Positions 1 through 9,971 of a stretch of DNA of 64,000 nucleotides are shown piece after piece. The stretch comes from Candidatus Berkelbacteria bacterium RIFCSPLOWO2_01_FULL_50_28 (GTDB taxonomy: Bacteria; Patescibacteriota; UBA1384; 2-12-FULL-50-11). Under the pieces are notes generated by a model. The model saw only the letters and a program-made list of their open reading frames with translations. It had not been told where the DNA came from and ran no database searches. The stretch is taken from assembly GCA_001774395.1 (NCBI GenBank), contig MEZX01000002.1, positions 402,108 through 466,107 on the forward strand. The letters are read 5' to 3'. Made by a program: the position numbers and the translations under genes. Each line of letters starts with the position of its first letter. The stretch's first letter is position 1.

Positions 1-39
1 AATGCTAGGATTACTTACTAATGCCTCAAGGGAAAAAAG

Positions 40-1155
40 ATGAAATCTAGCCGCAGGCCGATTATTCTAGTTGGCGGTGGAAGCGGTGGGCATATTTTTC
101 CGCTGCTAGCTGTGGCGGAGGAGCTACAAGCGCGTCAGATTCCGTTTGTTTTTATAGGTAGCGCTTCCGGCAAGGAGAAATCTATTGTTGAATCCCAGAA
201 GTGGCCGTTTCGGGCAATTTCAGCTGGCAAATGGCGTCGCCATTTTTCACTGGCATCATTTGCGCAAAACATTATTGATATTTTCCGGTTTATTTGGGGA
301 TTCTTTCAGTCGCTCGCCTTGCTCATTTCTGTTCGGCCCTTGGCGGTATTTAGCAAGGGCGGTTTTGTGGCTCTGCCAGTGTGCTTAGCAGCCAAGCTTC
401 TTGGCGTAAGATTAATCGTTCACGAATCAGACTCGGTGATGGGCTTGACCAATCGTATATGTTCCAGATTCGCTCATAAGGTTTTAGTAGCGTTTGACCC
501 CGAGATGTACCCAACGCATTCGCCCCGTTACATTCAAGTGGGTGTACCGATGAAGCGTAATTTGCGCCAAGCGGCCAAACTTCCTACACCCAAAAAATCA
601 CGTCCGTTGATTGTGGTTATCGCAGGCATTCAAGGTTCGCAGTTCATAAACCAAATGGTTCGAGAGAACTTAGTAGGCCTCCTAAAAGAAGCCGATATTA
701 TTCACAGTACTGGCGATACCGATTATCTTCCTCATAAAGCCCTCGCCGCCAAACTCCCACCGGCGCTTAGGTCGGCCTACAAACCAATGAGCTTTATCGG
801 ACGTGAACTAGCCTACTACTATCAGGCGGCCGATCTAGTGATAAGTCGGGCAAGCATGACAGTAATTTGTGAAGCAGCTCTTTTTTCCAAGTCACTTTAC
901 TTGATACCGCTGCCGAGCGCCGCGGCTGACCATCAGACAAAGAACGCCTTGATTTTGGAAAGCGCTGGGGCAGCGGTAGCTAGCCGTCAGCAGTCGCTCA
1001 CCCGGGAGCAGTTTTTACACGATATTGTTGGGCTACTCCACACGCCGGAAAAACTATCGTCAATGGCGGGAGCGCTTCGAGGGTACTTCAACGAGAACGA
1101 CTCAATTGAAATAATTATTAACCTTCTCACAGATGGCAAAACCGAAGGAGAGTAA
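40..1155 (+). CDS. murG: UDP-N-acetylglucosamine--N-acetylmuramyl-(pentapeptide) pyrophosphoryl-undecaprenol N-acetylglucosamine transferase (MurG)
   Basis: N-terminal ILVGGGSGGHIFP glycine-rich motif and glycosyltransferase family 28 architecture. Sits immediately upstream of murC. Confidence 0.85.
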   Translation: MKSSRRPIILVGGGSGGHIFPLLAVAEELQARQIPFVFIGSASGKEKSIVESQKWPFRAISAGKWRRHFSLASFAQNIIDIFRFIWGFFQSLALLISVRPLAVFSKGGFVALPVCLAAKLLGVRLIVHESDSVMGLTNRICSRFAHKVLVAFDPEMYPTHSPRYIQVGVPMKRNLRQAAKLPTPKKSRPLIVVIAGIQGSQFINQMVRENLVGLLKEADIIHSTGDTDYLPHKALAAKLPPALRSAYKPMSFIGRELAYYYQAADLVISRASMTVICEAALFSKSLYLIPLPSAAADHQTKNALILESAGAAVASRQQSLTREQFLHDIVGLLHTPEKLSSMAGALRGYFNENDSIEIIINLLTDGKTEGE

Positions 1156-2527
1156 CGAGCTGCACTTTGTAGGTGTAAAAGGTGTGGCGATGTCTGGTAT
1201 GGCGGTGATGGCGCAAAAGCTTGGGTACATTGTCACTGGTAGCGATGTGGCAGAGGTATTCCCAACCGATGAGCTACTGCACAAAAACAAGATCGAAGTT
1301 TTCGAAGGGTTCCGTGCTGAAAATTTGAAAGGACGCCATCCGACCCTCATAGTTTCTGCTGCTTATGGAGATAGCAATCCCGAAGTTAAAGAGGCGCGTC
1401 GTCGCCGGTTACGAGTTAGAACGCAATCAGAACTGTTGGGTGAATTCTTACGTTCGTACGAAGGTATCGGTGTGTCCGGAGTCCACGGCAAAACAACAAC
1501 TTCCTCGATCCTGGCGTTCTTGCTGAAGGAATCTGGGTTCTCACCAAGCTACGTCATCGGCGCTCCTGACGTTCCGGGACTTCAAGGTAACAGCCATTTG
1601 GGTGATGGTAAGTTCTTCGTTGTTGAAGCTGACGAGTATCGAAAATCAGAAGCCGACAAGACACCAAAATTTCTCGATCTTTCACTAAAGCATGTGATTG
1701 TTACCAGCATCGAGTTTGATCATCCTGACGTCTTTGACAGCGCCGAAAGCGTTTATGTGGAGTTTTATAAATTACTTACCAAAGTCCCACGTGACGGAAC
1801 GATTATCGCTTGTATCGATTGGCAGCTGGTACGACGTTTGGTTAACCGTTTCGTGGATCGAGTCTGTCTAACGTACGGGTTTGATAGCGGTGCCGATTTT
1901 CAAATTGTTGATTTTACCGAAGATGCAGTCGGAATAAGTTTCGCTCTCAAAACGGGCGAGAAGAAGCTGGGACCGTTTACATCCTCGCTGCCTGGTCCTT
2001 ATAACGCCCAAAATATCGCCGCCGCCATAGTAATGGCTCTCAAACTTGGTGCCACGCAGAAGGCAATAATGAAAGCTTTGCCGAAATTCGTCGGTGCCAA
2101 GAGGCGGTTCGAACGTCTTGGCGAAGTGAACGGGGCTTTAGTGATTGACGACTACGCTCACCACCCCACAGCCGTCACGAATGTTATTGCTGCGGCGCAC
2201 CACAAATTTCCCGACAAAAAAATAACGATTGTCTTTCAACCCCACACCTACTCACGTACCGGTAAGTTCTTGCGAGAGTTCGCGAAGAGTCTTGTTGGTG
2301 CTGATCGCATAATACTGTTAGATATTTGGGCTTCAGCGAGGGAGAAAACTGGCTACGTGACGATTAACGACCTGTTAAGTGAAATAAAAGAAAATCGGCC
2401 CGATGTTGAGTTTAGGTCTAGCCTCGAGGAAGTGGCGAAATATATTAAGGGAACGGTCAGCGAGAGTGACGTGGTTCTACTAGTGGGGGCGGGCGATGTC
2501 TACAAAATCTTCGACTACTGCCAGTAG
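1133..2527 (+). CDS. murC: UDP-N-acetylmuramate--L-alanine ligase (MurC)
   Basis: Mur ligase motifs (GVKGVAMSGMA, GVHGKTTTSS P-loop). 464 aa; overlaps murG by 23 nt in the dcw-like cluster. Confidence 0.85.
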   Translation: MAKPKESNELHFVGVKGVAMSGMAVMAQKLGYIVTGSDVAEVFPTDELLHKNKIEVFEGFRAENLKGRHPTLIVSAAYGDSNPEVKEARRRRLRVRTQSELLGEFLRSYEGIGVSGVHGKTTTSSILAFLLKESGFSPSYVIGAPDVPGLQGNSHLGDGKFFVVEADEYRKSEADKTPKFLDLSLKHVIVTSIEFDHPDVFDSAESVYVEFYKLLTKVPRDGTIIACIDWQLVRRLVNRFVDRVCLTYGFDSGADFQIVDFTEDAVGISFALKTGEKKLGPFTSSLPGPYNAQNIAAAIVMALKLGATQKAIMKALPKFVGAKRRFERLGEVNGALVIDDYAHHPTAVTNVIAAAHHKFPDKKITIVFQPHTYSRTGKFLREFAKSLVGADRIILLDIWASAREKTGYVTINDLLSEIKENRPDVEFRSSLEEVAKYIKGTVSESDVVLLVGAGDVYKIFDYCQ

Positions 2528-3422
2528 TACTTTATCCCAGGACTTGAGTAAATTGTTTGGAGAAAGGTTCACCAGCCACGCCAACGTCTCGGAGCTATTT
2601 TCGAGCTGTACTGGCGGAACTGCGGACTGGCTAGTGGTTGCCAGTACGATCACGGATATCATTGAGGCAGTCAAGGCAGCTTGCCGTCACCGGATTCCTT
2701 GGCTAGTTATCGGTGGCGGGAGCGGGTCGTTGTTTAGTGATTATGGATTTGCCGGATTACTGATTGTTAACAGAACCTCGGGAATGCTTTTCGACGATCA
2801 GTCTCAGATTGTAGTTGAATCAGGGACCGGATTTAAGGAAATAATTAACTGGGCTTCGACGCGTGGCTACGGCGGTTTGGAAGATTTCTACCATCTACCC
2901 GGAACTGTGGCCGGGGCAATTGTGACCAACGCTGTGGGTGGCACGTCGAAAATATTGGATTACGTGAGAGAGCTGACAGTAATCTACGCCGACTCTCCGG
3001 GAGCGATCAGTTGCCGCACGATCTCATCCAACGAGTGGAGAGAATCGCCCTGCAGACCGCAATTGGTGATTCTGTCGATCAAACTTCAGCTAAGTTACCT
3101 AGGCCAGCCGGAGATATTACGGCGCTTGAGAGCTAGGGGAAAAGACGTAAGGGTGGGTCGGCACGGCTATCTGGGGCATTGGGCGCTGCCACAACTTCAA
3201 CCAAATATTATGTTATGGAGAAAGACTTGCCAGGAGCTATTCCGTTTTGATGAGAGACAGCCGAGCGTTCTTAATCTGCGGAAAAAGACTACCAGTGAAG
3301 CCATACTCCAGTGCTTACAAGCTTTGATGAGCCAATCGTTTGAACAGACAGGCGAGCGGCTTGAACTTAGAACGTCACTTTTGGGATACTGGCCTGACAA
3401 TGACGGAGCGACAAAAAAGTGA
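2496..3422 (+). CDS. murB: UDP-N-acetylenolpyruvoylglucosamine reductase (MurB)-like
   Basis: FAD-binding region (WLVIGGGSGSLFSD). Position after murC in the dcw-like order. The C-terminal part is divergent. Confidence 0.6.
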   Translation: MSTKSSTTASSTLSQDLSKLFGERFTSHANVSELFSSCTGGTADWLVVASTITDIIEAVKAACRHRIPWLVIGGGSGSLFSDYGFAGLLIVNRTSGMLFDDQSQIVVESGTGFKEIINWASTRGYGGLEDFYHLPGTVAGAIVTNAVGGTSKILDYVRELTVIYADSPGAISCRTISSNEWRESPCRPQLVILSIKLQLSYLGQPEILRRLRARGKDVRVGRHGYLGHWALPQLQPNIMLWRKTCQELFRFDERQPSVLNLRKKTTSEAILQCLQALMSQSFEQTGERLELRTSLLGYWPDNDGATKK

Positions 3423-4183
3423 GTAATCTGCGCTCTTCGGTTAAGTTGCTTGGTTCAAGCTATCTCCCACCGAAACCAAAACAAAGCGGCCCATCTCCAT
3501 GGCGGCCTGTTTTTTGGATAGTGCTGTTGATTGCTGGGTTGTTTCTTCTGGCTCGGTTGCCGATCTTTCGCATAAAGGAGATCAGCGTAAGTGGGAGTGC
3601 TAACAAATCGATTAGCGCAAAGTTAGAGCCTCTCCGTGGTGTTTCGATCTTTTCGTCCAAGATAGATGCGTTACAGCGACATGTTCAACGCGAAGATCCT
3701 GGCATCGGATCACTTAACTGTCGACGAGGGGTACCCAGTATCCTAAAGTGTACTGTGGCTTATCGTAAGCCAGTTCTAGCCTGGAAAAATGGGAAAGCGC
3801 AGCTGTTTGTTGATGAAGCGGGCTATGCCTTTGAACGATCGACGGAAGCTCCGTTGGATCTCCCGACCGTTATCGATAGAGCGAAGAGTTCGCCTAAGGC
3901 CGGGGATCGTGTGTTGAGCTCCCAGATCGTCGAGGCCTATCTTGAATTGGATTCGCTTCTTCGAAAATCCAGCCTTAATCCAACAGAATATTTCATTGGT
4001 GAGTCTCTTTTCCAAATTGGGGCTATAATCGAGATCGGCGGTAGAGAGGCACAGGTTTTGTTTAGTATTGCCTCTCCAGCCACCTGGCAAGTAAAGACAC
4101 TCCGAGCTGTCATTGCCAAAAAAGGGAAGACTGCTTTTAGTAACGTCGATCTACGGGTGCCGGGATACGTTTACTACTACTAA
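3419..4183 (+). CDS. ftsQ: cell division protein FtsQ-like (N-terminal TM + POTRA-like)
   Basis: Short cytoplasmic tail, one TM (VFWIVLLIAGLFLLA), then a POTRA-like IKEISVSG segment. Position after murB. Confidence 0.5.
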   Translation: MSNLRSSVKLLGSSYLPPKPKQSGPSPWRPVFWIVLLIAGLFLLARLPIFRIKEISVSGSANKSISAKLEPLRGVSIFSSKIDALQRHVQREDPGIGSLNCRRGVPSILKCTVAYRKPVLAWKNGKAQLFVDEAGYAFERSTEAPLDLPTVIDRAKSSPKAGDRVLSSQIVEAYLELDSLLRKSSLNPTEYFIGESLFQIGAIIEIGGREAQVLFSIASPATWQVKTLRAVIAKKGKTAFSNVDLRVPGYVYYY

Positions 4184-5853
4184 TGAAACAAGCAAAGTGG
4201 CGAGTTCACAACCGGCGAGGGACGCTAATCAACCATCTTCTGACCTTGCGAGGGTTCAATTCGAGCTCGCTCGAACCTGATTTCGTATCTGGTTTGCACG
4301 ACCCGAACTTACTGCCGGACATGGCCAAGGCACGCGAAATTGTGCGAAGAGCAGTTAAAGAAAATTGGCCCGTTGCCGTTTTTGGCGACTATGACGCTGA
4401 CGGCACTCCAGGAGCGGCCCTGCTCTACGAGCTGTTCGAACGTCTAGGCTTACATTGCACTGTTTTTTTGCCGACACGAGCTGAGGGCTACGGTTTAAAT
4501 ATTGAAGCAACCCAAAAAATTGGTAAATCTGCCAAGCTCCTTGTTCTTGTCGATACCGGGATCACTGCCGTTGAATCGATAGCAGAGCTAAAGAAGATGG
4601 GGGTGAAAACGATCATCCTTGACCATCACCTTCCAACGGAGACACTTCCCGACGCCGAGGCGATCATCGATCCATTTCTGTCAACTTCAACTTACCCTTT
4701 TACGGGACTCTGTGGTTGCGCCCTGGCCTATAAATTTGCCCAAGCGCTTTCGGCCGATTTTCCGCAGATCTCAGAGGGTTTCTTGAAATGGCAGCTTGAC
4801 CTAGTCGCCATATCGACAGTCGCCGATATGATGGAACTCACGGGAGAGAATCGAGTTCTGGTTTACTACGGCTTGAAGATTCTGCAGAAAAATCGTCGCT
4901 TGGGTTTGCGAGCGCTTCTCGCCAGAGCAGCGCTAGATCCAGACAAGGTAACCGCCGGCAGTATCGGATTTATTATCGGTCCACGTCTTAACGCCGCTGG
5001 TCGGCTATCCGACAACCGGCCGGCGTTCGAGCTGTTGGTCGCTAAGCAGTGGAGCGATGCAATAAAGTATGCCGAAGAAATAGAGCGCGCTAACGTCGCG
5101 CGTTTAGCATTGGTTGATTCGGTTATGGTAGAAGCGGAAGCTATTCTCCAGCAGCAAAACCGAGACGACGATTCTGTTATTGGGATTGTTGGTGAAGCGT
5201 GGCCAAGAGGTGTTATCGGGCTTGTGGCGGGTCGTCTGGCTGAGCGGCACGGGCGCCCAACAATAATCGGTAGCAAGATCGGCGATAGTATTCGGGCGAG
5301 CGGTCGGTCTGTTGGACAGTACCACCTGCTTGATGGCCTAACCGCCGTCGGGCGACTCCTTGACGGTTACGGCGGTCACGCGCAAGCGGCGGGAATGGAC
5401 CTGAAAACTCAAAACTGGGGTGAATTTATGACGGAACTAAAAGCTCACGCCAAGTCGATGATCGGCTCCAACGTTTGGCAGCCAATTCTGAAGGCCGATT
5501 GCTTTATTCAAGAACAAGAGCTCGGTTTGGACACAGCGCAGTCTTTGCTGAAACTCGAGCCGCACGGTCTCGGCAACCGGCGTCCCATGTTTATTATCGA
5601 AAACGCCACTCTGCGCAACGGCAAAACAGTTGGCAACGGCAAGCACCTGAAGGGGACGCTCTCGCTCGGCCAGAGCCAACTACCGTTTATCGGTTTTTCA
5701 CTCGGACTTCGCCAGGCTGACTTGCCGGATAACGCTGATCTGATCGGACATTTGACGATTAACGAGTGGAACGGTACCAAAGATGTACAATTTCAGCTGG
5801 TTGACATAAGAACCCCTGGGGATGATATTGAGGTCGTTGAAAATGCGTCATAA
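4183..5853 (+). CDS. recJ: single-stranded-DNA-specific exonuclease RecJ
   Basis: DHH motifs (VFGDYDADGTPGAA, ILDHHLP) and a DHHA1-like C-terminus. 556 aa. Confidence 0.85.
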   Translation: MKQAKWRVHNRRGTLINHLLTLRGFNSSSLEPDFVSGLHDPNLLPDMAKAREIVRRAVKENWPVAVFGDYDADGTPGAALLYELFERLGLHCTVFLPTRAEGYGLNIEATQKIGKSAKLLVLVDTGITAVESIAELKKMGVKTIILDHHLPTETLPDAEAIIDPFLSTSTYPFTGLCGCALAYKFAQALSADFPQISEGFLKWQLDLVAISTVADMMELTGENRVLVYYGLKILQKNRRLGLRALLARAALDPDKVTAGSIGFIIGPRLNAAGRLSDNRPAFELLVAKQWSDAIKYAEEIERANVARLALVDSVMVEAEAILQQQNRDDDSVIGIVGEAWPRGVIGLVAGRLAERHGRPTIIGSKIGDSIRASGRSVGQYHLLDGLTAVGRLLDGYGGHAQAAGMDLKTQNWGEFMTELKAHAKSMIGSNVWQPILKADCFIQEQELGLDTAQSLLKLEPHGLGNRRPMFIIENATLRNGKTVGNGKHLKGTLSLGQSQLPFIGFSLGLRQADLPDNADLIGHLTINEWNGTKDVQFQLVDIRTPGDDIEVVENAS

Positions 5854-7129
5854 AATTGCCTTTATCTGTTTGAGTTGCGGTTTGGAGTCGGCAAAATGGG
5901 CCGGACGATGTAGCGGCTGTGGGCAGTGGAATACAATCAGCGAAAAAGAGCGAGAAGCAACTGAGAGTAATTCGTCCCCGGCCGAAGTAACAAGTTTCAA
6001 AGAATTACCCACGGGGAAAATCAAACGTCTTCGTACCAAAGTTTCCGAATTCGATCGGGTATTGGGTAGTAATGATCCTGGAATTGTACCCGGCACTGTC
6101 ACGCTGATTAGCGGCAGTCCTGGGGTGGGCAAGAGTACGCTACTGCTCCAAGTAGCTAGCGGGGTAGAAAAGGCGGTGTATTTCTCCGCCGAAGAGTCGC
6201 TGGAACAGCTGCGGTTGCGCGGGGAGCGACTGGGTCTGTCTCAGTCTTCTTTACAGCTTTCGGCCCAACGCGACTTGGGGAGAATCTTAGCCGCTGTAAA
6301 CAAAATTCAGCCCAGCCTGGTGGTAATAGATTCTATCCAAACGCTATTTGACGAGACAGTCGCTGGCACGCCAGGGTCGTTAGTGCAAGTGCGAGAGATC
6401 TGCTGGCGCATTCAGCAAATGGCCAAAAACACCGACGTCGCTTTTCTGGTGGTTGGCCACGTTACGAAAGAGGGGATTATCGCCGGGCCGAAAGTTATGG
6501 AGCATCTTGTTGACGTGGTCTTGTATCTAGAAGGTGAGCGGCAGACTGGATTGCGGGTGCTTAGGTGCGAAAAAAATCGTTACGGTCCCACCGATGAGGT
6601 CGGAATCTGGAATTTGGAATCAGCCGGTTTCACCACTGTTGACGATCCAGGCAAACTATTCGCCTCGCTAATAGGCGACGACGTTCCGGGGAGGGCGTTG
6701 ACTGTAGCCGTCGAGGGTTCAAGGGCGTTTCTGGTGGAGGTTCAGGCTCTAACTGCCAGAACTACATTTGGCTATCCCAAGCGTACCTCGCAAGGCATCG
6801 AGCTAAATCGGTTGAACGTCATTCTTGCCGTTCTGGAGAACCGATTGGGAGTACCGATGAGCCAGTACGATGTTTTTCTTAATGTGGTTGGCGGTTTCCA
6901 GGTAAAAGACCCGGGAGTTGATCTGGCGATCGCTGGGGCGCTGCTTAGTAGCTACCACAAAAAAGCCCCACCGGATAAACTAATATTACTCGGTGAAGTA
7001 GGGTTGCTGGGCGAGATTAGGCCGCCGCTACTACTTGAGAGGCGCCAGAAGGAAGCCAAACGACTTGGCTATCAAACTTGGGAGACGTCAGGTACTCTGC
7101 AAAAACTTCACCAATCGTTTCTCAAGTAA
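5822..7129 (+). CDS. radA: DNA repair protein RadA/Sms
   Basis: N-terminal C4 zinc finger (CLSCGLESAKWAGRCSGCGQW), Walker A GSPGVGKSTLLLQ, and a Lon-protease-like C-terminal domain. Confidence 0.85.
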   Translation: MILRSLKMRHKIAFICLSCGLESAKWAGRCSGCGQWNTISEKEREATESNSSPAEVTSFKELPTGKIKRLRTKVSEFDRVLGSNDPGIVPGTVTLISGSPGVGKSTLLLQVASGVEKAVYFSAEESLEQLRLRGERLGLSQSSLQLSAQRDLGRILAAVNKIQPSLVVIDSIQTLFDETVAGTPGSLVQVREICWRIQQMAKNTDVAFLVVGHVTKEGIIAGPKVMEHLVDVVLYLEGERQTGLRVLRCEKNRYGPTDEVGIWNLESAGFTTVDDPGKLFASLIGDDVPGRALTVAVEGSRAFLVEVQALTARTTFGYPKRTSQGIELNRLNVILAVLENRLGVPMSQYDVFLNVVGGFQVKDPGVDLAIAGALLSSYHKKAPPDKLILLGEVGLLGEIRPPLLLERRQKEAKRLGYQTWETSGTLQKLHQSFLK

Positions 7130-9953
7130 CGGTGACGATACAAGAGGAACCGCTCGACTCATTTCCTGTCGTGTCAACCGACTTGACGGTAAATTGATAC
7201 GAACCCGCTGAGAGGGAGCTAATCGTGCTGCTATTGCCGGGTGCGGTAACTTCCACGGTGCTGTGCAGGTCAAGTGAGGGAAAGAGGAAAACGTAGATTC
7301 GCAGCAGCTTTAAGTCGGCATCAGCTGGATTTACCCAAGACAGCGCGACGGCACCGCCGCCCAGTTGCGGCAGGCAAACTAAATTACTGACGTTACCCGG
7401 CGGCGTAGTATCGTTGCTAACTTTTATGGTGATGCTAGAGGTTGAGGTGGCGCCGGTTTTGCTGACGACCGTGGCGGTGATTGTGTGATCGCCGTTGGAG
7501 AGAGATGAGACGTTGTAGGAAACTCGGTACGGAGCGCTACTGTCACTGTTAATTCCCACCTGATCAACAGAGAAATCCACTCTCTTTACGCCGCTTGGGG
7601 CTGAGGCACTTGCTCTAATAGATATTGCCCCGGAAACTGTTTGCCCGTTACTGGGCGCCGTAATGCTAACGGAGGGCTGGCTACTACCAGCTCGGCAGTT
7701 TGCTGTGGGCGGCGGGTTATTGAAACCGTGGCTTCGTGCCCAGGCTAATACCGGTCCTTCCCAATTGGGGTAATCTGGACGTTCGGAGCGAATGCTAACG
7801 AATGTTTTCATTCTAGCCAAGCTATCGGGAATCGAACTGTCAGCCAGCAAGCCGTTCTCTTTGCAAACTCGCAATCGCAGGTGAACGTTGTCGTTTTCAG
7901 TCGGGATCTGCCAGCTAGCAAAAATATCTTTTACCCGTTCGCTACCGTCTACTGGCAGACGGTTGGAAAGTCGATCAACAACGACATCTCTGATTCCAGA
8001 CGGCCGGGTGAAGTTCTTCACAGGCAGTCCTTTGTGGACTTTGGCCATGTAATCGTGCCAGATTGGGGCCGCCGCTAGGGATCCGCCAAAATTATTCATC
8101 GGGGTGTTGTCGTTATTACCAGCCCAAACGCCGGTGACGATTTGCGGCGTATAGCCAATAGTCCAGGCATCACGATACTCATCGGTGGTTCCGGTTTTTG
8201 TGGCGGCGGGTCGTCCGGGGAGGGTGAGGTTGCCTATAGAGAAGGCAAAAACGGGCATTTTGGCGTCCACGTCGCTAAGGATGCTGGTAATTTCATAAGC
8301 GATTTGCGGGTCGAGAACCTGACGTCCGGCGCGAGGATTCTCGTGCGAGTAAAGTTCTTTGCCCTTAGTGTCGGTGATCTTCAAGATGGGGGTGTTGGGC
8401 ATCAGGACGCCTTGGTTAGCAAAAACGCCGTAGGCCGTAGTCAGGTCGACTAGCTTAACTTCGCCGCCGCCCAGCACCAGCGACAATCCGTAGCGATCTC
8501 GGTCGTTCAAAGTAGTAATCCCCATATCGTGGGCAGTCTCGAGAGCTTTATCAACCCCGATGAGGGAGAGGACTTTGACGGCGGGGATATTCAACGAGTT
8601 GCCGAGGGCTTTGCGGATAGAAATTGGCCCCCGAAAGCCGCCGTCGTAGTTTTGGGGAACGTACGAACCGAAATCTGTGCGTAGATCGAAAAGGTTAGAA
8701 GATGGGCTGAACTTTTCTTTAAACGCCGTGGCGTAAACGATCGGCTTGAAACTACTACCTGGCTGCCGGTCGGCCGTGGTGACGTTAAAGGCGCCGAACT
8801 GTTTTTGGAAATAGTCGACTGAGCCGACCATCGCTAGAATCTCACCTCGTTTCGGATCGATGCTTACCAAACCGGCGTTGGACGCTCCGCCCAGAGCAAG
8901 GTTCGGTTTGGATCGAGCCACAGCCGCTTCAGCAGCTAACTGTTTTTCCAAATCCAAGGTGGTAACAACTGTCAATCCGCCCTCTTCCACGCGTTGCTCG
9001 GCTAGTTGAGCGTCGCCCAGCTCTTCGGTGAAATACTTAACGAGCCACTCTTTAACGTAGAGGACAAAGTGCGGCGCGGTAATATCATCGCGCTTGGGGC
9101 CAACTTTAATTTTTGAGGCAGTGGCAGATTTTGCTTCTTTGTCGTTAATGTACCCTTGCTCGAGCATCAAGCCGATTATGTAGTTACGCCTGGCGAGTAG
9201 AGCATCGACATTTGAGCCGTAGGGCGACAGTGTCGTTGGGGCCTGCGGCAACGAGGCGAGCGTCGCCGCCTCGGCGATAGTCAGTTTGGCCGCACTTTTT
9301 CCAAAGTATGAACGAGCGGCCGCCTCGATACCGTAATTATTACCGCCGTACGGAATCTCATTCAAGTACATCGTCAGGATCTCGTCTTTGCTATAAAGGG
9401 CTTCCAGCTCGACGGCGAGAATCGCCTCTTTCGCCTTGCGGACCAGGCTGTGCTGGCTGGAGAGAAGGGCGTTTTTCACAAACTGCTGGGTGATGGTTGA
9501 GCCGCCACCGCGTCGGCCGCCAAAGACGACTGCTCGGGCGACGCCGCGTAGATAAATACCGTGGTGTTTGTAAAAATCTTTATCTTCAATAGCGATGGTA
9601 GCTTCGCGGACTACCTCCGGTATATCTTTGCTCTCGATGATGATGCGCTTCTTCTCGCCCGATATGGTGTAAAGCGGTTTCATATTGCGATCAAACAGGC
9701 GTGTTGAACCGGCCGAAGCAAGGTTACGGATTTTGCCTGGGGTCGGCAGGTCTTTAGCAAACCACGCAAAGAGGAATACGACAAAGAGAATGAACAGCCC
9801 GAACGCCCAGAGAGTGAATCTCAGTGCCCGACGCCAGGTGATTTTTGGTCGGCGTCGATTAAAAAGACGACGCTGTAGGCGTTTGATATCTAACGGGTTA
9901 GCAAAAGGGCTGCGAAATTTCGGTAAAGGCCAGGATAGTTTTATTTTTGCCAT
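7122..9953 (-). CDS. class A penicillin-binding protein (transglycosylase + transpeptidase) with C-terminal Ig-like/Thr-Ser-rich repeats
   Basis: N-terminal TM. GT51 motifs (EDKDFYKHHGI, GGSTITQQFVKN). Transpeptidase module followed by a roughly 250-aa S/T-rich beta-rich tail. Confidence 0.8.
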   Translation of the reverse strand: MAKIKLSWPLPKFRSPFANPLDIKRLQRRLFNRRRPKITWRRALRFTLWAFGLFILFVVFLFAWFAKDLPTPGKIRNLASAGSTRLFDRNMKPLYTISGEKKRIIIESKDIPEVVREATIAIEDKDFYKHHGIYLRGVARAVVFGGRRGGGSTITQQFVKNALLSSQHSLVRKAKEAILAVELEALYSKDEILTMYLNEIPYGGNNYGIEAAARSYFGKSAAKLTIAEAATLASLPQAPTTLSPYGSNVDALLARRNYIIGLMLEQGYINDKEAKSATASKIKVGPKRDDITAPHFVLYVKEWLVKYFTEELGDAQLAEQRVEEGGLTVVTTLDLEKQLAAEAAVARSKPNLALGGASNAGLVSIDPKRGEILAMVGSVDYFQKQFGAFNVTTADRQPGSSFKPIVYATAFKEKFSPSSNLFDLRTDFGSYVPQNYDGGFRGPISIRKALGNSLNIPAVKVLSLIGVDKALETAHDMGITTLNDRDRYGLSLVLGGGEVKLVDLTTAYGVFANQGVLMPNTPILKITDTKGKELYSHENPRAGRQVLDPQIAYEITSILSDVDAKMPVFAFSIGNLTLPGRPAATKTGTTDEYRDAWTIGYTPQIVTGVWAGNNDNTPMNNFGGSLAAAPIWHDYMAKVHKGLPVKNFTRPSGIRDVVVDRLSNRLPVDGSERVKDIFASWQIPTENDNVHLRLRVCKENGLLADSSIPDSLARMKTFVSIRSERPDYPNWEGPVLAWARSHGFNNPPPTANCRAGSSQPSVSITAPSNGQTVSGAISIRASASAPSGVKRVDFSVDQVGINSDSSAPYRVSYNVSSLSNGDHTITATVVSKTGATSTSSITIKVSNDTTPPGNVSNLVCLPQLGGGAVALSWVNPADADLKLLRIYVFLFPSLDLHSTVEVTAPGNSSTISSLSAGSYQFTVKSVDTTGNESSGSSCIVTVT

Positions 9954-9971
9954 AATCTTTAGACTGATCTA

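Noticed and set aside
4866-5780. Several 80-136-aa ORFs on the minus strand and alternate frames inside recJ
   Set aside because: These are shadow ORFs within a well-supported RecJ coding region. Many other antisense ORFs of 60-140 aa inside murG, the PBP gene, topA, pilB, cysS and others were disregarded in the same way.
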